This document shows positions 13,331 through 27,812 of a stretch of DNA of 64,000 nt, one piece after another. Both the position numbers and the translations under genes were made by a program. Position 1 is the stretch's first letter. Each line of letters starts with the position of its first letter. Source of the stretch: Epiperipatus broadwayi (Eukaryota; Animalia; Onychophora); contig JAQFVV010000001.1 in NCBI GenBank assembly GCA_028023455.1, forward strand, positions 19,592,001 to 19,656,000, read 5' to 3'. The notes under the pieces were generated by a model. It was not told the DNA's origin. It was given only the letters and a program-made list of their open reading frames with translations, and searched no databases.

Positions 13331-13377
13331 AAAATAACAATAAAATAAAAACTGATACATGAAAAATATCACTTTAC

Positions 13378-13567
13378 CCGGATTTTTAAACTGCTTTCAA
13401 ATACTTCATGAATGGCTAAACAAGCTGCATTAAAATTTATCATTAGCTGCTGTTGTAAATTTCCTTTTGTCAGACTCAATGTTTCTTCCGTTGGAGAGAT
13501 GTAAATTCCTTCACCATGATCCATATGAAGATAATGAAATAATGTATTGTCACACCCAGATACTAAT
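13378..13567 (-). CDS. INTU: Inturned coding exon, start of Longin-3: (K)LVSGCDNTLFHYLHMDHGEGIYISPTEETLSLTKGNLQQQLMINFNAACLAIHEVFESSLKIR
   Basis: Lies within ORF 13369..13578. Acceptor ttttttag| and donor |gtaaag; 190 nt (1+63 codons). Colinear with the vertebrate INTU segment LTSGPENTLFHYV..QGIFITPT.EE...SIH.QLIKNFHQCCLSIRAVF. Confidence 0.93.
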
Positions 13568-14557
13568 CTAAAAAACATACATACAATAAAAATATATTAA
13601 AACAAAGGTTTTCATGAATGAAAGAAGTGTATAACATTTTATTATTATAAAACCAAGATTTCAGTAAGATACTAACAGCAGTAATCTCAGTGAAATATTA
13701 ATATTACAATAAAAGGCAATCATTTATACAAGAGACCTACAAACAACTTAATAATAGTAGCAAAATAAAAATATACACTTCAACCAATGAAAAGCAAAAT
13801 GATAGAATCAATAATATTATCAATAGTTTATTTTTTTTTTATAGTCTTGGAATGTTATATCATATTTTTATCTTACCATTAAAGTTACTGGAATAATGAA
13901 TACTAAAGTGTAGTATGTAAAAAAACCCACTGAATTTAATAATCAAAGTGGAAGGATGCAACTGATTTTCAGAAATGTTTTTTTAAATGCAATATTATTT
14001 TTTAAATAAGGATTGCTAAGTTAAAAATATCATTCTGATAAATTTTATTTTCAATGAATTTAAAGTCTAAGAGACAAGTTGAAAATAAGGTTCTTAAATT
14101 CTTTATAAAATATTATATCAGATGCTGTTGAACCCAATCAATGCTAGAATACCCTTTATTTTGAAAATGAATGATTAAATCAGGATACTTTCATTAATTC
14201 ATAAGTTAATATGAGTGAAAAAAATAAAACAATGACCAAACTACATTTAGACATTATTTTTTTAAAGTGCATATAAGGTTTGCTTAGAGAATCATATATA
14301 TATATGATATATTATTTTTCTTCCAATAAATCAAGATATATGTCAAACGTGGTGAATAGTTTAAAACTTTAAAATTTTGCTATAGAATTATTGTTATAGG
14401 ATATTTCTTTAAATATGCTTAAATAAAAATAAAATTAATTTTAAAATATCAGTTAAATGAACTTTGTAACTTTATACGTGTGAAATACATACATTTCACA
14501 TTTCTATTAATATATAATTCACTTTTAGCTTAAAAAAGAAAAGGAAAGTAAATAAGT

Positions 14558-15822
14558 AACCCTTTCACTGACGATTTTAGCTATTGGCCCTCTACTTAAA
14601 CTGATTCTTTTAGCTATTGGCCCTCTACTTAAATCTGAGAACAATGTGATTGGTCTGTGTCATTTGCAATCAGTTCTTTTGTTAAAATATTAATCTAAAA
14701 TACACAGAATTTTTTTAATTCAGCTTCTAAAAATTGAATAATTTTAGATTCAAATTGGTTAAATGTAACGAAAAAATAAAAATAATGTTAATAACTGTCG
14801 AAAAATATAAGAAAAATGTGTAAAAAATAGGTAGCAGTAAAACAAAAGAATTATAACTCAACCAATGATTGTGCCGTTATTCAGATCAACAGCAGTCAAG
14901 TAATTCTCTTTTTATTTCCAGTTTGCTTATTTCTCTTGTAAAATTTAAAATTTTCCAAATCAAACTTTATATTTCCATAAAGTAACATCAAATTTTATTT
15001 ATGAATGTAAAAAATTATGATAGATGTTATTGTTTACTTCAATTACGAACGTACACAGCTTCGCTGTCGTGATTGAATCTTCATTTAGAAACACGCCTTA
15101 GAAATTTTCTGATTAGTTATGTAGCAATAATTTTCCAAATCAAACTTTATATTTCCATAAAGTAACATCAAATCTTATTTATGAATGTAAAAAATTATGA
15201 TAGATGTTATTATTTACTTCAATTACGAACATACAAAGCTTTGTTGTCGTTTCTGAATCTTCATTTAGAAACACGCCTTAGAAATTTCCTGATTACGTTA
15301 TGTAGCAATAATTATTTTTTGTTACGGATTATTTCTCCAAATGTATTTTTCTTCTAATATTTAAAATTTTCCGAGTCAAACTTTATATTTTGATAGAGAA
15401 CTATATTTTATTATTTGTGAACATAAAAAATTACAATAAATATAATTATTTACATCAAAATCATTACGAATGTGTACATCTTCTTTCTTTAGCAAGAATG
15501 GTTTTTAGTTACTGATCCTCGTTTTCAAATCTGTCATTTATGAATCTGTCATTTAGAAATACGCCTAGAAGATTTGGTAGGTATCCAATCAGAGAAGAAG
15601 ACACAGCGATGTAACAAATAGGCTGTGAAGATTAATGATTTTTTAAAAAAAATATAACGCTATATGCGGATGTTTTTAGAACTAAAATTGAAAGCATTGA
15701 ATTTCCTATCAAATAAGTCTAAAATGAAGAAATTGCGACCAAAATTGACCAAGAGATGGCGCATGATACCACATGCTTCTTCCAAAAAATTTTTAGCTAC
15801 GGGGCATTTTCGTAATAAACAG
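14558..15822. mobile_element. ~1.26-kb insertion in duplication copy 1 only, with internal 180-bp tandem repeat; possibly a TTAA/piggyBac-like non-autonomous element
   Basis: Absent at the paralogous site (~25975-25990). Ends taaccct... / ...caggtttaa resemble degenerate TTAA-CCC/GGG-TTAA. aattttccaaatcaaactttatatttcc repeats at ~14949 and ~15129. Confidence 0.5.
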
Positions 15823-17098
15823 GTTTAAAACAAACATTTTAAATAATTTTATATTTCTATAGTATTTTATGATATAAAGCGTACAGTTTGTTTAGACACT
15901 TCTAATTAACATTTTAAATCTTACAAGTATGTGCAGGCTTGTATATAATGGTTATTTTGACTAAGGCAAAAAAATAAAAAAATGATTACAATTAAAGATC
16001 ATTGCTTAAAGGAATTGACATTTAATAATATCTTAACTACAATATTATTGTTAAAAATGTACTATTATCTAAAATATTATATTTAAATTTTGAGAACTTT
16101 TTTAAAAAATGTAATAATTTATTATTGTAATATTTTAATTATTGTTAAATAATAAACTGAATTTTCAAATGTAATATTAATTTGCTATATCTATAAATAC
16201 AGACAGTTTAAACAAATCTATTAGAATATATGCCTTGACAACTAATTATGGTTGTATTATCAATTAATAATGCCCTAAATCTGGAGATCATCGATTTCTT
16301 TAAGATCACATGATTTATCCTATAAAAATATCTTACCACATGTTCATTAATCATCTAACAAATTAACTAAAAAAGTTGTTAATTCATTCAGTCAAATGTA
16401 GTTCTAAAAAATGAACTGCTAGAGAACAGTCAATTGGGCCTCCTCCAAAGTGTCCCATTCACCTTACTGCAATATAACTATCAAAACATTCACAATGTTG
16501 AAACTTTAATAACTTGCTTTAGCAGAGGAAGGAAACATCAAACTGTACCATGTATTTGCTAACATCAGGAAAGTCATGTATGTAAAATTTACTTTACCTT
16601 TGAACTATTATCAACTATCAATTTATCATTGTACTAATATTGGAATTAAAATTATTGTGCTAATATTATGGATGTAAGAATGATACTTAAATTTATAACT
16701 TATTAAGATGCTATCTTAAACTAATTACAACATTATAGTCCTCTGCTCAATGCTATTAATAACATTTATATTCTTTGTCATGCTAAATTAACAATTATAT
16801 TCTTTGTCATGCTAAATTTTTGGAAATAACAAAAATTTGAATTATATGCTGACTAGAATAATATTGTAAGGAAGATAATTAAAGTAGTTTTAAACTATAA
16901 TAATTATGGAAATCTAACATATATTTACCTTAATTTAGAATAAACTATTTTGACAATGATATGCTCTCATGATTTGGAAAAGTGAAATTTATCACATTCT
17001 AAAAAAATGTGTTTTGTTTTTAAGGATAATGTGAAAGATTCAACTTTTATTATGCAATTATTTAAATTAAAATATATTTGCTAAAGGGTGCTCTATAT

Positions 17099-18626
17099 CA
17101 GCATTTCCCAACCTTTTTTGGCTCGCGTACCACTTGGTAGTACATCACGCTAAATTGTACCACTTCGTAAAAATGATTGTATTTTGTGAAATTTATTGCG
17201 AGTGTGTTATTTTATTTGCATTATAAATATTATAGGGTGACCATGTATTCACATCACAATGAGACAAATTACATTGAAACACGCTTAAACGATTATAAAC
17301 TCACTGAAAATATAAATTCACTGTAACATATATATATATATATGTGTGTGTTTGTTCAAAGTTTCATATTTATCTACTATTTTGTCATATTTCGTTTACT
17401 AATAAATGGTTTTAATAAAAACACAAAATTATAAAAAACCAATTAATATATTTTATCATAATCAAATATTTTTATAAAATAAATTTAATGAGATCCTTGT
17501 GCTTGTTTCGAAAAACATAATTTTTTGAAATTTGGTTCAAAAGATGTGAGGTATACCCTTAAGTCTACAGCTGCATTCAATTTGTTTCAATACTTTTTTT
17601 TTTTTTTAAATATATGAAGAAAAAGCTCTTTTTCTACTAATTTCATACTAGTAAATGGTAATAATAATTTAAGAGCTTTCTCAGAAAGTTGTTCATAATC
17701 TTTAATGTTTAACCAAAATTAATTAGATTGTGTCGATAATTCTATTAAATTTTCTTTCTCTTTTATTGATAATGATGTAGCTTTTTCTAAATGTTCTTCA
17801 TAGAAGGGGTTTGAAATCCACTTATCATTTGTGTTTTCGGGTTTTGCAAAATATTCCATTAAAGACAATTTTAATCCTGTTAAATGTGCTATTATATTTT
17901 CTCGTATATCTTGAGACAGACTAACCTTATTTTCAAACAAAAAAATATGTAGAGTTTTGAATACTTTCGGATGATTGTTTTCAATACACTGCTTCCAAAA
18001 ATCTAATTTCTTAATCATATTTTCAATTTTATCATTAACATTAAAGATCGTTATCGAGTTGTTCTGAGGTGTCAAATTTAAGTCATTTATTTGCAAAAAA
18101 ATATCAGTTAAATATGCAATCACCTGAATGAAGCCAACCAAAATCATACAATTTCGAAGAAAGATCAAAAGAATTGTCTTCAAAAAAAAAACTGTCCTTC
18201 TTGTCTAAATTTGAATAAGCGGGTTATATGGGGATCAATGAATTTTAATAAACAAAGATGATACAATCACAAACAATAACCTGTCACTTGTAAGCCGCGC
18301 GGGGAAGTGAACAAGAGTGCAGCACCATGATAACAGTGGCGGCAATATCTCAAGTTACTAATGGCTAACGGCTAAATTTAAAAATGCACTCCAAAAAAAC
18401 CATATCGATTGCTGGATTTTCAATTATCGACTGTACATATTAACAACTTTACTGTATAATATTATTAATTAAAATAATTTTTATGAATTATAGGAAAAAA
18501 CGTTTCTATGATATTTTTATGATTTGATTTTTTTTATGTCTGCCATTATTGATTATTTTTCGCGTACCACCAACCAGCAACTCGCGTACCACCAGTGGTA
18601 CGCGTACCACAGGTTGGGAAACGCTG
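17099..18626 (-). mobile_element. Internally deleted hAT (Buster/Charlie-type) DNA transposon with frameshifted transposase C-terminus
   Basis: TIRs cagcatttcccaacct / aggttgggaaacgctg (15/16); perfect 8-bp TSD ctctatat (17091-98, 18627-34); subterminal gtacgcg repeats. ORF 17719-18183 has AYLTDIF..INDLN, then FW..K.YE.LS.KALKLLLPF and DLRVYLTSFEPNFKKLCFSKQAQGSH*. Empty site at ~27125. Confidence 0.95.
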
Positions 18627-21251
18627 CTCTATATCATCAAAAAATATCATTTGTTTTATGATATAAAAAATAATGTGCTATATTTAAACTTTGCACTACT
18701 TCAGATTGTGTCCAATGTTATATTTATTGCCTCAGATATTAAATGATTATTTATCTATTTGTGACCTTGAAACTTTAAGGCTATTTTGAATAAAATAGTC
18801 TGGATTATTTGAACTGGAATATTATTAAGTATACTTTAGAATAAGTGATTTCAGGACTTATGAACTGTCTATAAGTGGCAAAAAAAAACACCCAAATTTT
18901 TCTTTTAGGTATAAATTTATATTTGTTTTTCTTTATGCATATAATAGTTTGCTAATAAGGTATTTATAAATTCTATGTACCATGTATGGATAATGGAGCG
19001 CTCAAAATGCAATTGCAGTATTGTTTTAAAAAAGATAATATGAACAGTTGGTATGGGGTTATTTAAAGAATGATGTGGATGAATGGATATACATTTAGAG
19101 ATGAGGTATTATTTTTTATAAATTGTTAATTTATAATTCTTATACACAATTATTTTATTATGAATACCAAGTGTTTTATTGAATATTTCATATTGTGTTT
19201 AGAGTATTACTATAGGATGTCATTTTAAATTATGCCTTTAGAATATAGTATGTTATCACAGAAATATTGTATTGGGGCAAATTTTTATGATGGTATATTC
19301 TTGTTAAGTCTTTAAGATTAATGATATGATACTGATCATACAACTTGTATGGATAAATAAGTGTGGACTTTTGATTATCTCATCATTTTGCTTAATCTAT
19401 TTAATGGTATTAAGGATGGCATGTGTATTGAGAACTAAGTCAGAGTAATTTTGAAATGATAATTGCATTAATATTCATAACATGAACATTTGATATGTAA
19501 AGATTATGATAAAACATTCTTTGTCTAAACTTAAGTAATTATTTTGTATAGACTGAGAAGATTATACATCCTTCTCAAGTCAAAGTTGTTTTTCATTGGC
19601 AACAGTTTATTGAACATACTGATGAAAGATTATTATATAAATGTTATATTTAGAAAGATAGCTACATTAAATACAAGGTAGAACTTCATTCATAAATATT
19701 AAAATATATTTTCTTTTATGGGTTTGAATTAACATATTGTAAGAATTCTGTTGTTTTGATTACATTAAAGTATAAAAAATGTATTTTATATTAGTAATAA
19801 AATCTTTATTTTATTCTTAATTTATGACTTTGTCTTCTATCATTATTAGCTTAATCAGAAAATTGAATCACAAAAGTATAATAATTCTTGAATTATAAGA
19901 GTACACAACATATAAATCAATTAAAACTCAGGAAGTGTATTGTCAAAGTTATATCAGTATTTAAGACAATTTTGATTATATTATTGTAATTTCTAATCAT
20001 GAGAAAACCTAAGGTGATCTATGAGTATGAACAAAATTCCCTTTCTTAACCATTGCATCACAAATTTTATCCCATATTGCTGAATAAGAATGATTGAAAT
20101 AGAAGTCTCAATATCAAATTATAATTGGGATTATTTATTTATAATAATTTCAAGAAAGGAAAAAATGTCTTATTGCACATGATATGGTAATAATATAAGT
20201 CAAACCCAAGATATAAAGAAATGTTGGATTTTTGTAGAAAATACAATAGTAGGTTTTTGAATTTGGGCTAGCAAAAGCAGCAATAGCTGCTCATAATTGG
20301 TATTGTTTTGGCACCACAACCAGGACCTTGATTGTGTGATTTGATGTTTGTTTATTTAGCATATTGATAAGAGTGGTAGATTAATTACAAATTTCATAAC
20401 TCTTTGTTATGGAGTTATAGATTATACATTGTTTTTGTAAAATGAAAAGATTTTAGATAATAAATTTGAGTATCGACAACATATATTTTAACTTTATAAT
20501 TGTCTGATTTAAATAATAATAATAAATTAAGTGACTTGTAGACTATAATAATAAATTATAAAATATTTTCTTTTCCTTTCGATGTTATATTTGATTTAGT
20601 AAAATTTTGCATCATTTTCTGATGATGATAATTATTCTGTCTTAATGATATATATATATTGTAACGATATATAAATATGTCATTACATAAAACTTTTAAG
20701 TTCGCATATAAAAATAAGTGTATTAAAAAGAAAAAAAAACTAAACGCTAAAATTAAAATATATTTAAACGTATATATTCGCACAGATGCTAAACTTTAAA
20801 AATATTTTTTTTAATAAATAAAAAAAGGTATTTGAATGTACTTTTTTATAAAAAAAGATTTAAATATAAAAATAGTTTAAAAAAAAAATAACGTAAGTAA
20901 AAATAAAAACAGGTATTAATTAATTCCTGTAATCTGTAAATGGAAATGATTGTTTATTAATTATCCAAAAGCTGTCTAATTAAAAAGTCAGAGAGTAAAT
21001 TAGATAAGAGAATAAAGAGATTTTAGCTTGACCAATGGAAGCACCAAGCCTCAGCCCGGACCCGAACGAAAATTTGGATTAGTGACGTCTTTGTTCATTC
21101 AATCTGGAGATTTACTATAAAAAGAGAAATATTGAGTTCCAGACAGTTTTTTCGGACTTGATTTGATGAGAACGGTAAGACGCATGTGTTGTTCTCTCTC
21201 ATTTTTTTTTGTTTTAAAAGAAATATAAAATGAAAAGACTGTGATACAAGA

Positions 21252-21339
21252 ATGGAACCAGCTAATGCTACCTCCAGAACATTATCTTCCAATGGAGACG
21301 TCACGGGAATTAAAAAACAGGAACCTGGACTCTTCTACT
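21252..21339 (+). pseudogene. First coding exon of a nested carboxylesterase-family (pseudo)gene: MEPANATSRTLSSNGDVTGIKKQEPGLFY
   Basis: ATG at 21252, donor |gtaagc at 21340. Upstream 46-nt GT-AG intron at 21175-21220. xNGxVxG resembles the COesterase N-terminal V.T..G.V.G motif. Phase 1 joins the acceptor ttttcag| at 31338. Confidence 0.55.
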
Positions 21340-21557
21340 GTAAGCTATATTGACATCAACTCTAAATTTAAAAATAACTAAGAACTTTCATTCAAGCTTA
21401 TGAACTTCTATCTGACTTTTAAGTTTAAAATCAATTAATAATGTTTAATTTTATATGTTTTCCGATTGATAAAAATCATTTCCATTTTTTTTTTCTCTTA
21501 TTGTATAAATTATTTGTTGTTTAAATTTTAAATGATGAAATTTAGGTTGGATATAGA

Positions 21558-22803
21558 TGTTGCATAGATTCGTTAGTGGTTGATTATGTTGTGGTTTCCA
21601 CAGTCGATTAGAATATATAAGTCAACGATGTTAATGTGGGCATCTTATGATGAATGCCATAGGGCCTTGGGTATTCCCTTTTTGCAATTGACGTTATCGA
21701 TGATTTTGTATTTTGATCGATTGTGTTTAATTTGGTTGTTTTTGACCGTGGAATATGTGCAGCCGATCTATACTCAACATTTTAAAAACAAATTGTATAC
21801 AAATAATCTGTGTGAACGTATTTAAATGTTAAATTTAAGTCGGGCGTGAATGGCTATATAGTTTTGTAAAGTTATATTAAGGGAGGGTAATCTTAGGTTA
21901 TTCATTTCGTAGTTGAATTGGTTCAATGGATTGGATATATTTGTGTAATTGTAGATGTAGTATGAGGTCCGCTACGGGCAGGATTATAGATATATGCCAC
22001 ACACCCTCTGTTTGCCTATGGATGGATTTGTAAGACGGCAAAGGACCGCAGTTCATTCCTATGGAGTTTTATGTTTATTGTTCTACTCGCCAACAGATGT
22101 CACATTCCTGTTGGTGGAGAGACAATATCTTCTCTAATTTACTTACTGATCAGATGTACATTCCTGACAGTATAGTATCTTGTGTTGTCGTATCATGCTA
22201 CATTGAATACATGAATGTATCAGATGGATTTGCACCAGTTTGATTGCGAAATTTGTTGCCTAAGGTTAAATCAGGGAAGAATATTTTCTTTTCAAATGCA
22301 GATCTATGTAGTCTATTCATACTTGACTATCTAAATAAAATATTAAACTCATTGAAACTTAGTTAAATGTAAAATTAAAAGTTAATATAAAAATCTAAAA
22401 TGTTAAACTTATTCCTAAAAATTTAAATGTTATTTTATATGTGCGTAAATAAATATTTTTATGTGTTAATTTCTGGCAGTGGCTTTTATTTATTGATATT
22501 TAAGATATAAATTAAGATATAGATTTTTATCTCTGTGTCTCCGCTGAGCTAGTGACTTGGGCTAACGATCGGAATATTTAAATAAAGTGGAATCTTAACA
22601 GCGCGTATCTGCCTACTCTATAAATTTTTCTAGGTTTAAATGCCTAGATGGCGCCTTGTAGAGCAGATATCGTAGTTTGCGGTTAGATTCGATCTTCACT
22701 TTCATTTCGATCGTTATAATATATATATTGTCTCACATTGTTTATTTCATGAGAACATGTGGGAATCACCTGACATGTAAATAAATAAATTTGAGTCCAA
22801 TAC
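21558..22803 (+). mobile_element. Putative 5' LTR of a Ty3/gypsy element
   Basis: GC/CpG-richer 1.25-kb block starting TGTTGCA and ending AATACA, with aataaa near the end and ttggt (degenerate PBS-like) immediately after. It precedes a gag remnant; no partner LTR was found. Confidence 0.55.
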
Positions 22804-23010
22804 ATTGGTAAATATTTTTTTAAAAAAAAAAAGTTGTTGAAATAAAATCATGAATGATTTTGTGTATACGGGATATACTTTTTGGATTTATTATAGTGAG
22901 TGAAGAAGGACACAAGGAGGATCCCAAGGTTGATTATAATTCTAGTATTAAATTATTTTTAATAATCTTTATTATTATTGCTATTGCAGTTAAATATTAA
23001 TTTATTAATC

Positions 23011-24704
23011 ATGAGTGATTATGAGGAAAGTAGTGATATAGAAGGGATCCAAAGTATAACACTCCTCAATATTCAAGAACACATTTTTAAAATGTAGAAG
23101 AATGTCTCTGATCAATTGGAAGAATTAAAGGAATCTCAGAGAGAGGTGAAGGAATCTCAAAAAAGCAAATTATTAGAATTAAAAGAATCTCAGGAAATCC
23201 AATTATTAGAATAAAAAGAACCTCAAGAAAATAAATTATTAGAGTTGAAAGAACAGCAAGAAAGTCTCAGGGACAATCTTAATAGAGATTTTGAAAGCAA
23301 AATTGAGAATGCATAAGATGAGACTGTAAAGGAATTTAATAATAAATTTGAATTATTAGGGATTAACTGTAAAAATGCTAAGGAGGATTCTGATCAAAAA
23401 TTGAAAGATATTAGGAATAGTTTATCTCAATAGAAAACAGAATCAGATGACAGATTTAATAATTTGGAAATTAAAATAGATGAGTCTACTGTTGAATTGA
23501 CTGAACAAATTAGTATTATTAATATCCAGATTCAATGTATTGAGGCACAGTCCAATCAGTTTATAGAGAATTTTAAAAGTGAATTAGAGGACAGATTTAG
23601 AAAGATAAATGATAACCATAATGATATAGAGAAAAAAATGAATTCAATCTCAAGAAAGTCTTCAGGTTAAATTTCAGCAAGTGAGCCAAGAAATGCAAGT
23701 TCAAAATAAAATAGAAGTAGAGGAAATTAGGAAAGAGTTGATACATATAGTAAATGATTCAAAAGCAGAAATAAAAGAAGCCAGAAAATCTAATACAAGG
23801 GCTAGATGGTGACAAAAACATTCAAAAAGAATTGAAGGAAATAGTAATCAAACATAAATAGTTACCAAATCAAGTAGCAAAGTAAAAAATATAATATTAA
23901 AAGAACAAATAATTTTAAACAGGAACAGAAAATGACAGATGCAAGTAGATACTAAAATAATAAATGTCTATCAAAGGATTGAGAAATTACAAATTGTTAA
24001 TGAGCAGAACTTGAACATGGTTAAATCTACCCTTAGGCAGAGTATAGACAAGGAGATAGTGGCATGTGTAAAAGATAGGTTTAAAGTGGAAAAGGAATTG
24101 GTGAACCTAATCAAGAAAATACTCAGATTTAGGTAGTGATGAGAGCACTATAGAAAATTTTATGGTTCTTAAATTTATGAAAATTAAAGCATTCCAAGGG
24201 GAGTGTTTAGAAAACACATCTGACTATTTATAATATTTGAAGGAATTATTTTCTTTATGTACCTTAACAGAAAAAGAAAGATTAGCTACATCAAATAATC
24301 ACTTCTACATTGCAGCAAAAGACTGGTGGCAATATTTATTTGATCAACTTCAAACATATGGGGATTTCAAACATTTAATTATGTTAAGTTTTTAGAAAGA
24401 ATACCACCAGGATAACATTTATCCGGTCTCTCAAGAAAAATATATTACAAACAAAGGGATTTATACTCAATTCTTCAGAGGACAGGCAGTCAAGCTAAAA
24501 ACATTGACAGCTTTTCCTTTGTCTGAGTATCAGATAGTTAAAATAGTAAGGTACAACTTTCTAAAGAATATAGAGCAGACTCTAATTGCTGCAAATAGGT
24601 ATACTATTGAGGAAGGTGCTGAGATACTAAATGCTCTTGAAAGAAGTGAACATAGTTTTGATATTAAGCATAAAACATTAAAGAATATTACAATTATTCA
24701 ATAG
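23011..24704 (+). pseudogene. Decayed Ty3/gypsy Gag: long N-terminal coiled coil plus capsid domain
   Basis: ATG at 23011 opens an E/K/Q-rich frame with scattered stops (LLELKESQ-like repeats). It is followed by FQGECLENTSDYF..FE, AAKDWWQYL..LQTYGDF and LSEYQIV...TIEEGAEILNALER, typical of retrotransposon Gag capsid spacing. Confidence 0.75.
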
Positions 24705-25424
24705 CTAGTATTAATCTTTCATCCATATAAAGTCCTAGTTTAAGTAAAGTTGCTAAAAGTAGAAATTGTAGTAATAAAAGATTAGTTTCTTATTTCAAAA
24801 CTAGCTATCATCAAGATAAAAATAAAGGAGATGATAAAAATTTGTACAAAGCAACCACCAATGGAGTTCAAACAATACTTACAAAGAGTGATAAGGCAAA
24901 ATAAAAAAACTCATGCATTACACCAACAATGAACTAGAGGAACTTACAATGTATGCAGTCTAAGACTTCTACCCATTTTAGACTAGATAATTATATGATA
25001 AACCTTACAAAATAAGTCAAAGTGATTTATTTTTTTTAATATAATAAACTTTAAACTGGAGTTGATTTTAATAATATAATAGTAATAGTTAGATGCGAAT
25101 AATAAAGTTGATGATTTAGTAGCAGTAGTTTGAAGTGTTGAATGTCTACAGAACATTTTTTTTTCTTTATGCTTCGGTGCAAAACTGTAACCATAAGGTT
25201 AGCTTAGATAACTATGTATGTGTATAATGTGAGTATATAAAAATATATATATTATTTTCTTCCAATACATGAAGTTACATGTCAAATGTGGGGAATAGTT
25301 TAAAACATTAAAGTTTAACTATAGGATTGTTATTATAGGTTCTTTCTTTAGATAGGTTTAAATAAAAAATAACTAATTTTAAAATATCAGTTAAATTAAT
25401 TTTTGAATATAAGTATACTAAATG

Positions 25425-25858
25425 TAATTAGACGGGACTTAAACTCAGACTTTCAATATTTTTACAGCTATGCACTTCATTTTATATAACTGATACACAT
25501 GACCACATACATGTGAAAAAGATAAATGATTTCCATTATACATATTTCATGCTGAACCAACACTCATTAGTTAGTCCAGATCACCATCTCCCACACACAT
25601 ATACAATTAATGTTCAGATTGAAATGTGTTTATTAAAGTTTGAAGATTTTCTATCTTAATATAACCAGAACACTGATTGTATATGTGTGTGGTAGAAAGT
25701 GATCTGGACCAACTGATGAGTGCTAATATAGCATAAAATACATATATTGGAGAACATTAATCTTTTTCATATGTATGTTGTTATGTGTATCAGTTGTATA
25801 AGATGGAGTGCATAGCTATAAAAAACTTGAAAGTCTGAGACAAAGTCCCTTCTAATTA
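25425..25858. mobile_element. Palindromic MITE (long form); family also at 36129-36211 and 63060-63125
   Basis: taatta-gacgggacttaaactcagactttcaa ... ttgaaagtctgagacaaagtcccttc-taatta, with ~190-bp imperfect arms. Absent from paralogous copy 1 (~14460). Confidence 0.85.
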
Positions 25859-27812
25859 AATTAATTGCTAACTTTATACATGTTCAATCCATACATTTCA
25901 CATTCCTATTAATGTATAATTCACTTTTAGTTTAAAATACAATTATACACCAAATGTAGTTTAAAAAAATAGAGTAAATAAGTACATTAAAACAAACATT
26001 TTGAATGATTTTACAACATTTCTATAGTATTTTGTAATACAAATAGTTAGAACAATTTATTTAAACACTTCTAGTTAACATCTTAAATCTTACAAGTGTG
26101 TGCATGTGTGTATAATGATTATTTTGACTGAGATAAAAATTTAAAAGAAATTGATTACAATTAAAATTCACTAAACTTCTTAATTAAAAATGTGTTTAAA
26201 TAATTTATCATTATTGTAATACTTTATTTATGGTTAAATAATAAATTGTATTTTTAAATTTAATATTAATTTATGTCTATAAATTTAAACTATTAAAAGT
26301 CTATTATTAGAATATATTAATTATCAATTAATAAAGGACTAAATCCACTGATTATTGATTTCTTTAAGATCACATGATTTATCTTATCAAAATAATTTAC
26401 CATGTGTTCATTAATCATTAATCAGCTAACCATCTAAAGAACTTATTAATTCATTCAGTTAATTGTAGTTTTTTAAAAAAAAGAATGGTTAGAGAACAGT
26501 CTACTGTGCCTCCTCCAAAATGGACCATTCATCTTGCTGTAATATCTGTTAAGGTAAACACAATGATGACACTTTAACAACTTGCATTATTAGAGGAAGG
26601 AAACATCAAACTGTAACATGGATTTTGTAACATCAGAAAATTCATATATGTAAAATTAAAATTATTTTTAAACTAGTACTTTTTATCAATTTGGAATTGA
26701 AAAAAAAAATGATTGTGCTAATATTAAGAATATAAGAATAATGATTAAATTTAAGAATAACTAATTAAGACATTATCCTAAACTAATTACAACTTTATAA
26801 TACTCTTCTGCTATGATATTAATAACAATTATATTCTTAGTCATGCTAAATTTTTAGAAATAACAAAAAATTGAACTACATGTTGACTAGAATAATATTT
26901 TAAAAAAGATAATTAAAGTAGTTTTAAACTATAATACTTATTGATATTTAAAATATATTTATCTTACTTTAGAATAAACTATTTTGACAATGATATACTC
27001 TCATAAATTGGAGAACTGAAAATTATCATATTCCAGGAAATTGTTTTGTTTTTAAGGATAATACAAAAGAATCAACCTTCATTTTGCATTTATTTTAAAG
27101 TAAATATATATTTGCTAGTGCGTGTGCTCTATTACATCAGGAAATTTCATTCACCTTATAATATAAAAGAAATAATGTGCTATATTTAAACTTCATAGTA
27201 CTTCAGATTTTGTCAGTATTATATTTATTGCTTCAGATATTATATAATTACTTATCTATTTGGAATCTTGAAACCCCAAGGCTATTTCAAATAAAATAGT
27301 CTAGATTATAATGAAACCACTATTTGAACTGTAACATTATTAAGTATGCTTTAGAATAAATGATTTCAGGATATATAAACAGGTGATAAAAAAAACTAAA
27401 TTTTTCTTTTAGATATAAATTTATCTTTAAGTTTTTCCTTAAGCATACAATATTTTGCTAATAATTTATTTATAATCCATATGCATCATGTATGGGTATT
27501 GGAATTCTCAAAATATAACTACAGTATTGTATTGACAAAGATTATATGAACATTTGGTATGGGATTATTTATAGAATATTAATTCATTTGGAGACACTGT
27601 ACTATTTTTCATAAATTGTTAATTTATAATTCTTAAGACCAATTATTTTATTATGAATACCATGTGTTTTATTCATCTTACATATCAAGTTTATAGTATT
27701 ATTATATGAGAAATAGGCAAAACTCTCTATACGTATTGCCACTCAGTGCAAGCCAGAATAATCAATGGATGCCAGAAGGCTTGTGCATAAAATCCCCATC
27801 TAGTGCCTACTC

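Larger units (their letters stand above)
14274..20578 (+). repeat. Local duplication, copy 1 (paralog of 25193-29808), containing faint LINE-RT-like remnants around 19300-20300
   Basis: Colinear matches throughout, e.g. 14340/25275, 15830/25990, 16420/26490, 18660/27170, 20260/29495, 20560/29790. DYDKTF...QG...-like decayed RT words at ~19500-19700 are weak. Confidence 0.88.

Noticed and set aside
5975-15300. Short tandem repeats considered as a CRISPR-like array
   Set aside because: Eukaryotic intron context, degenerate 170-370 bp units without unique spacers, and no cas genes.
20290-20335. Minus-strand QGPGCGAKT resembling a Walker A motif in the duplicated block
   Set aside because: Wrong spacing for GxxxxGKT, not conserved in copy 2 (QGPSCSAKT), and surrounded by stops.
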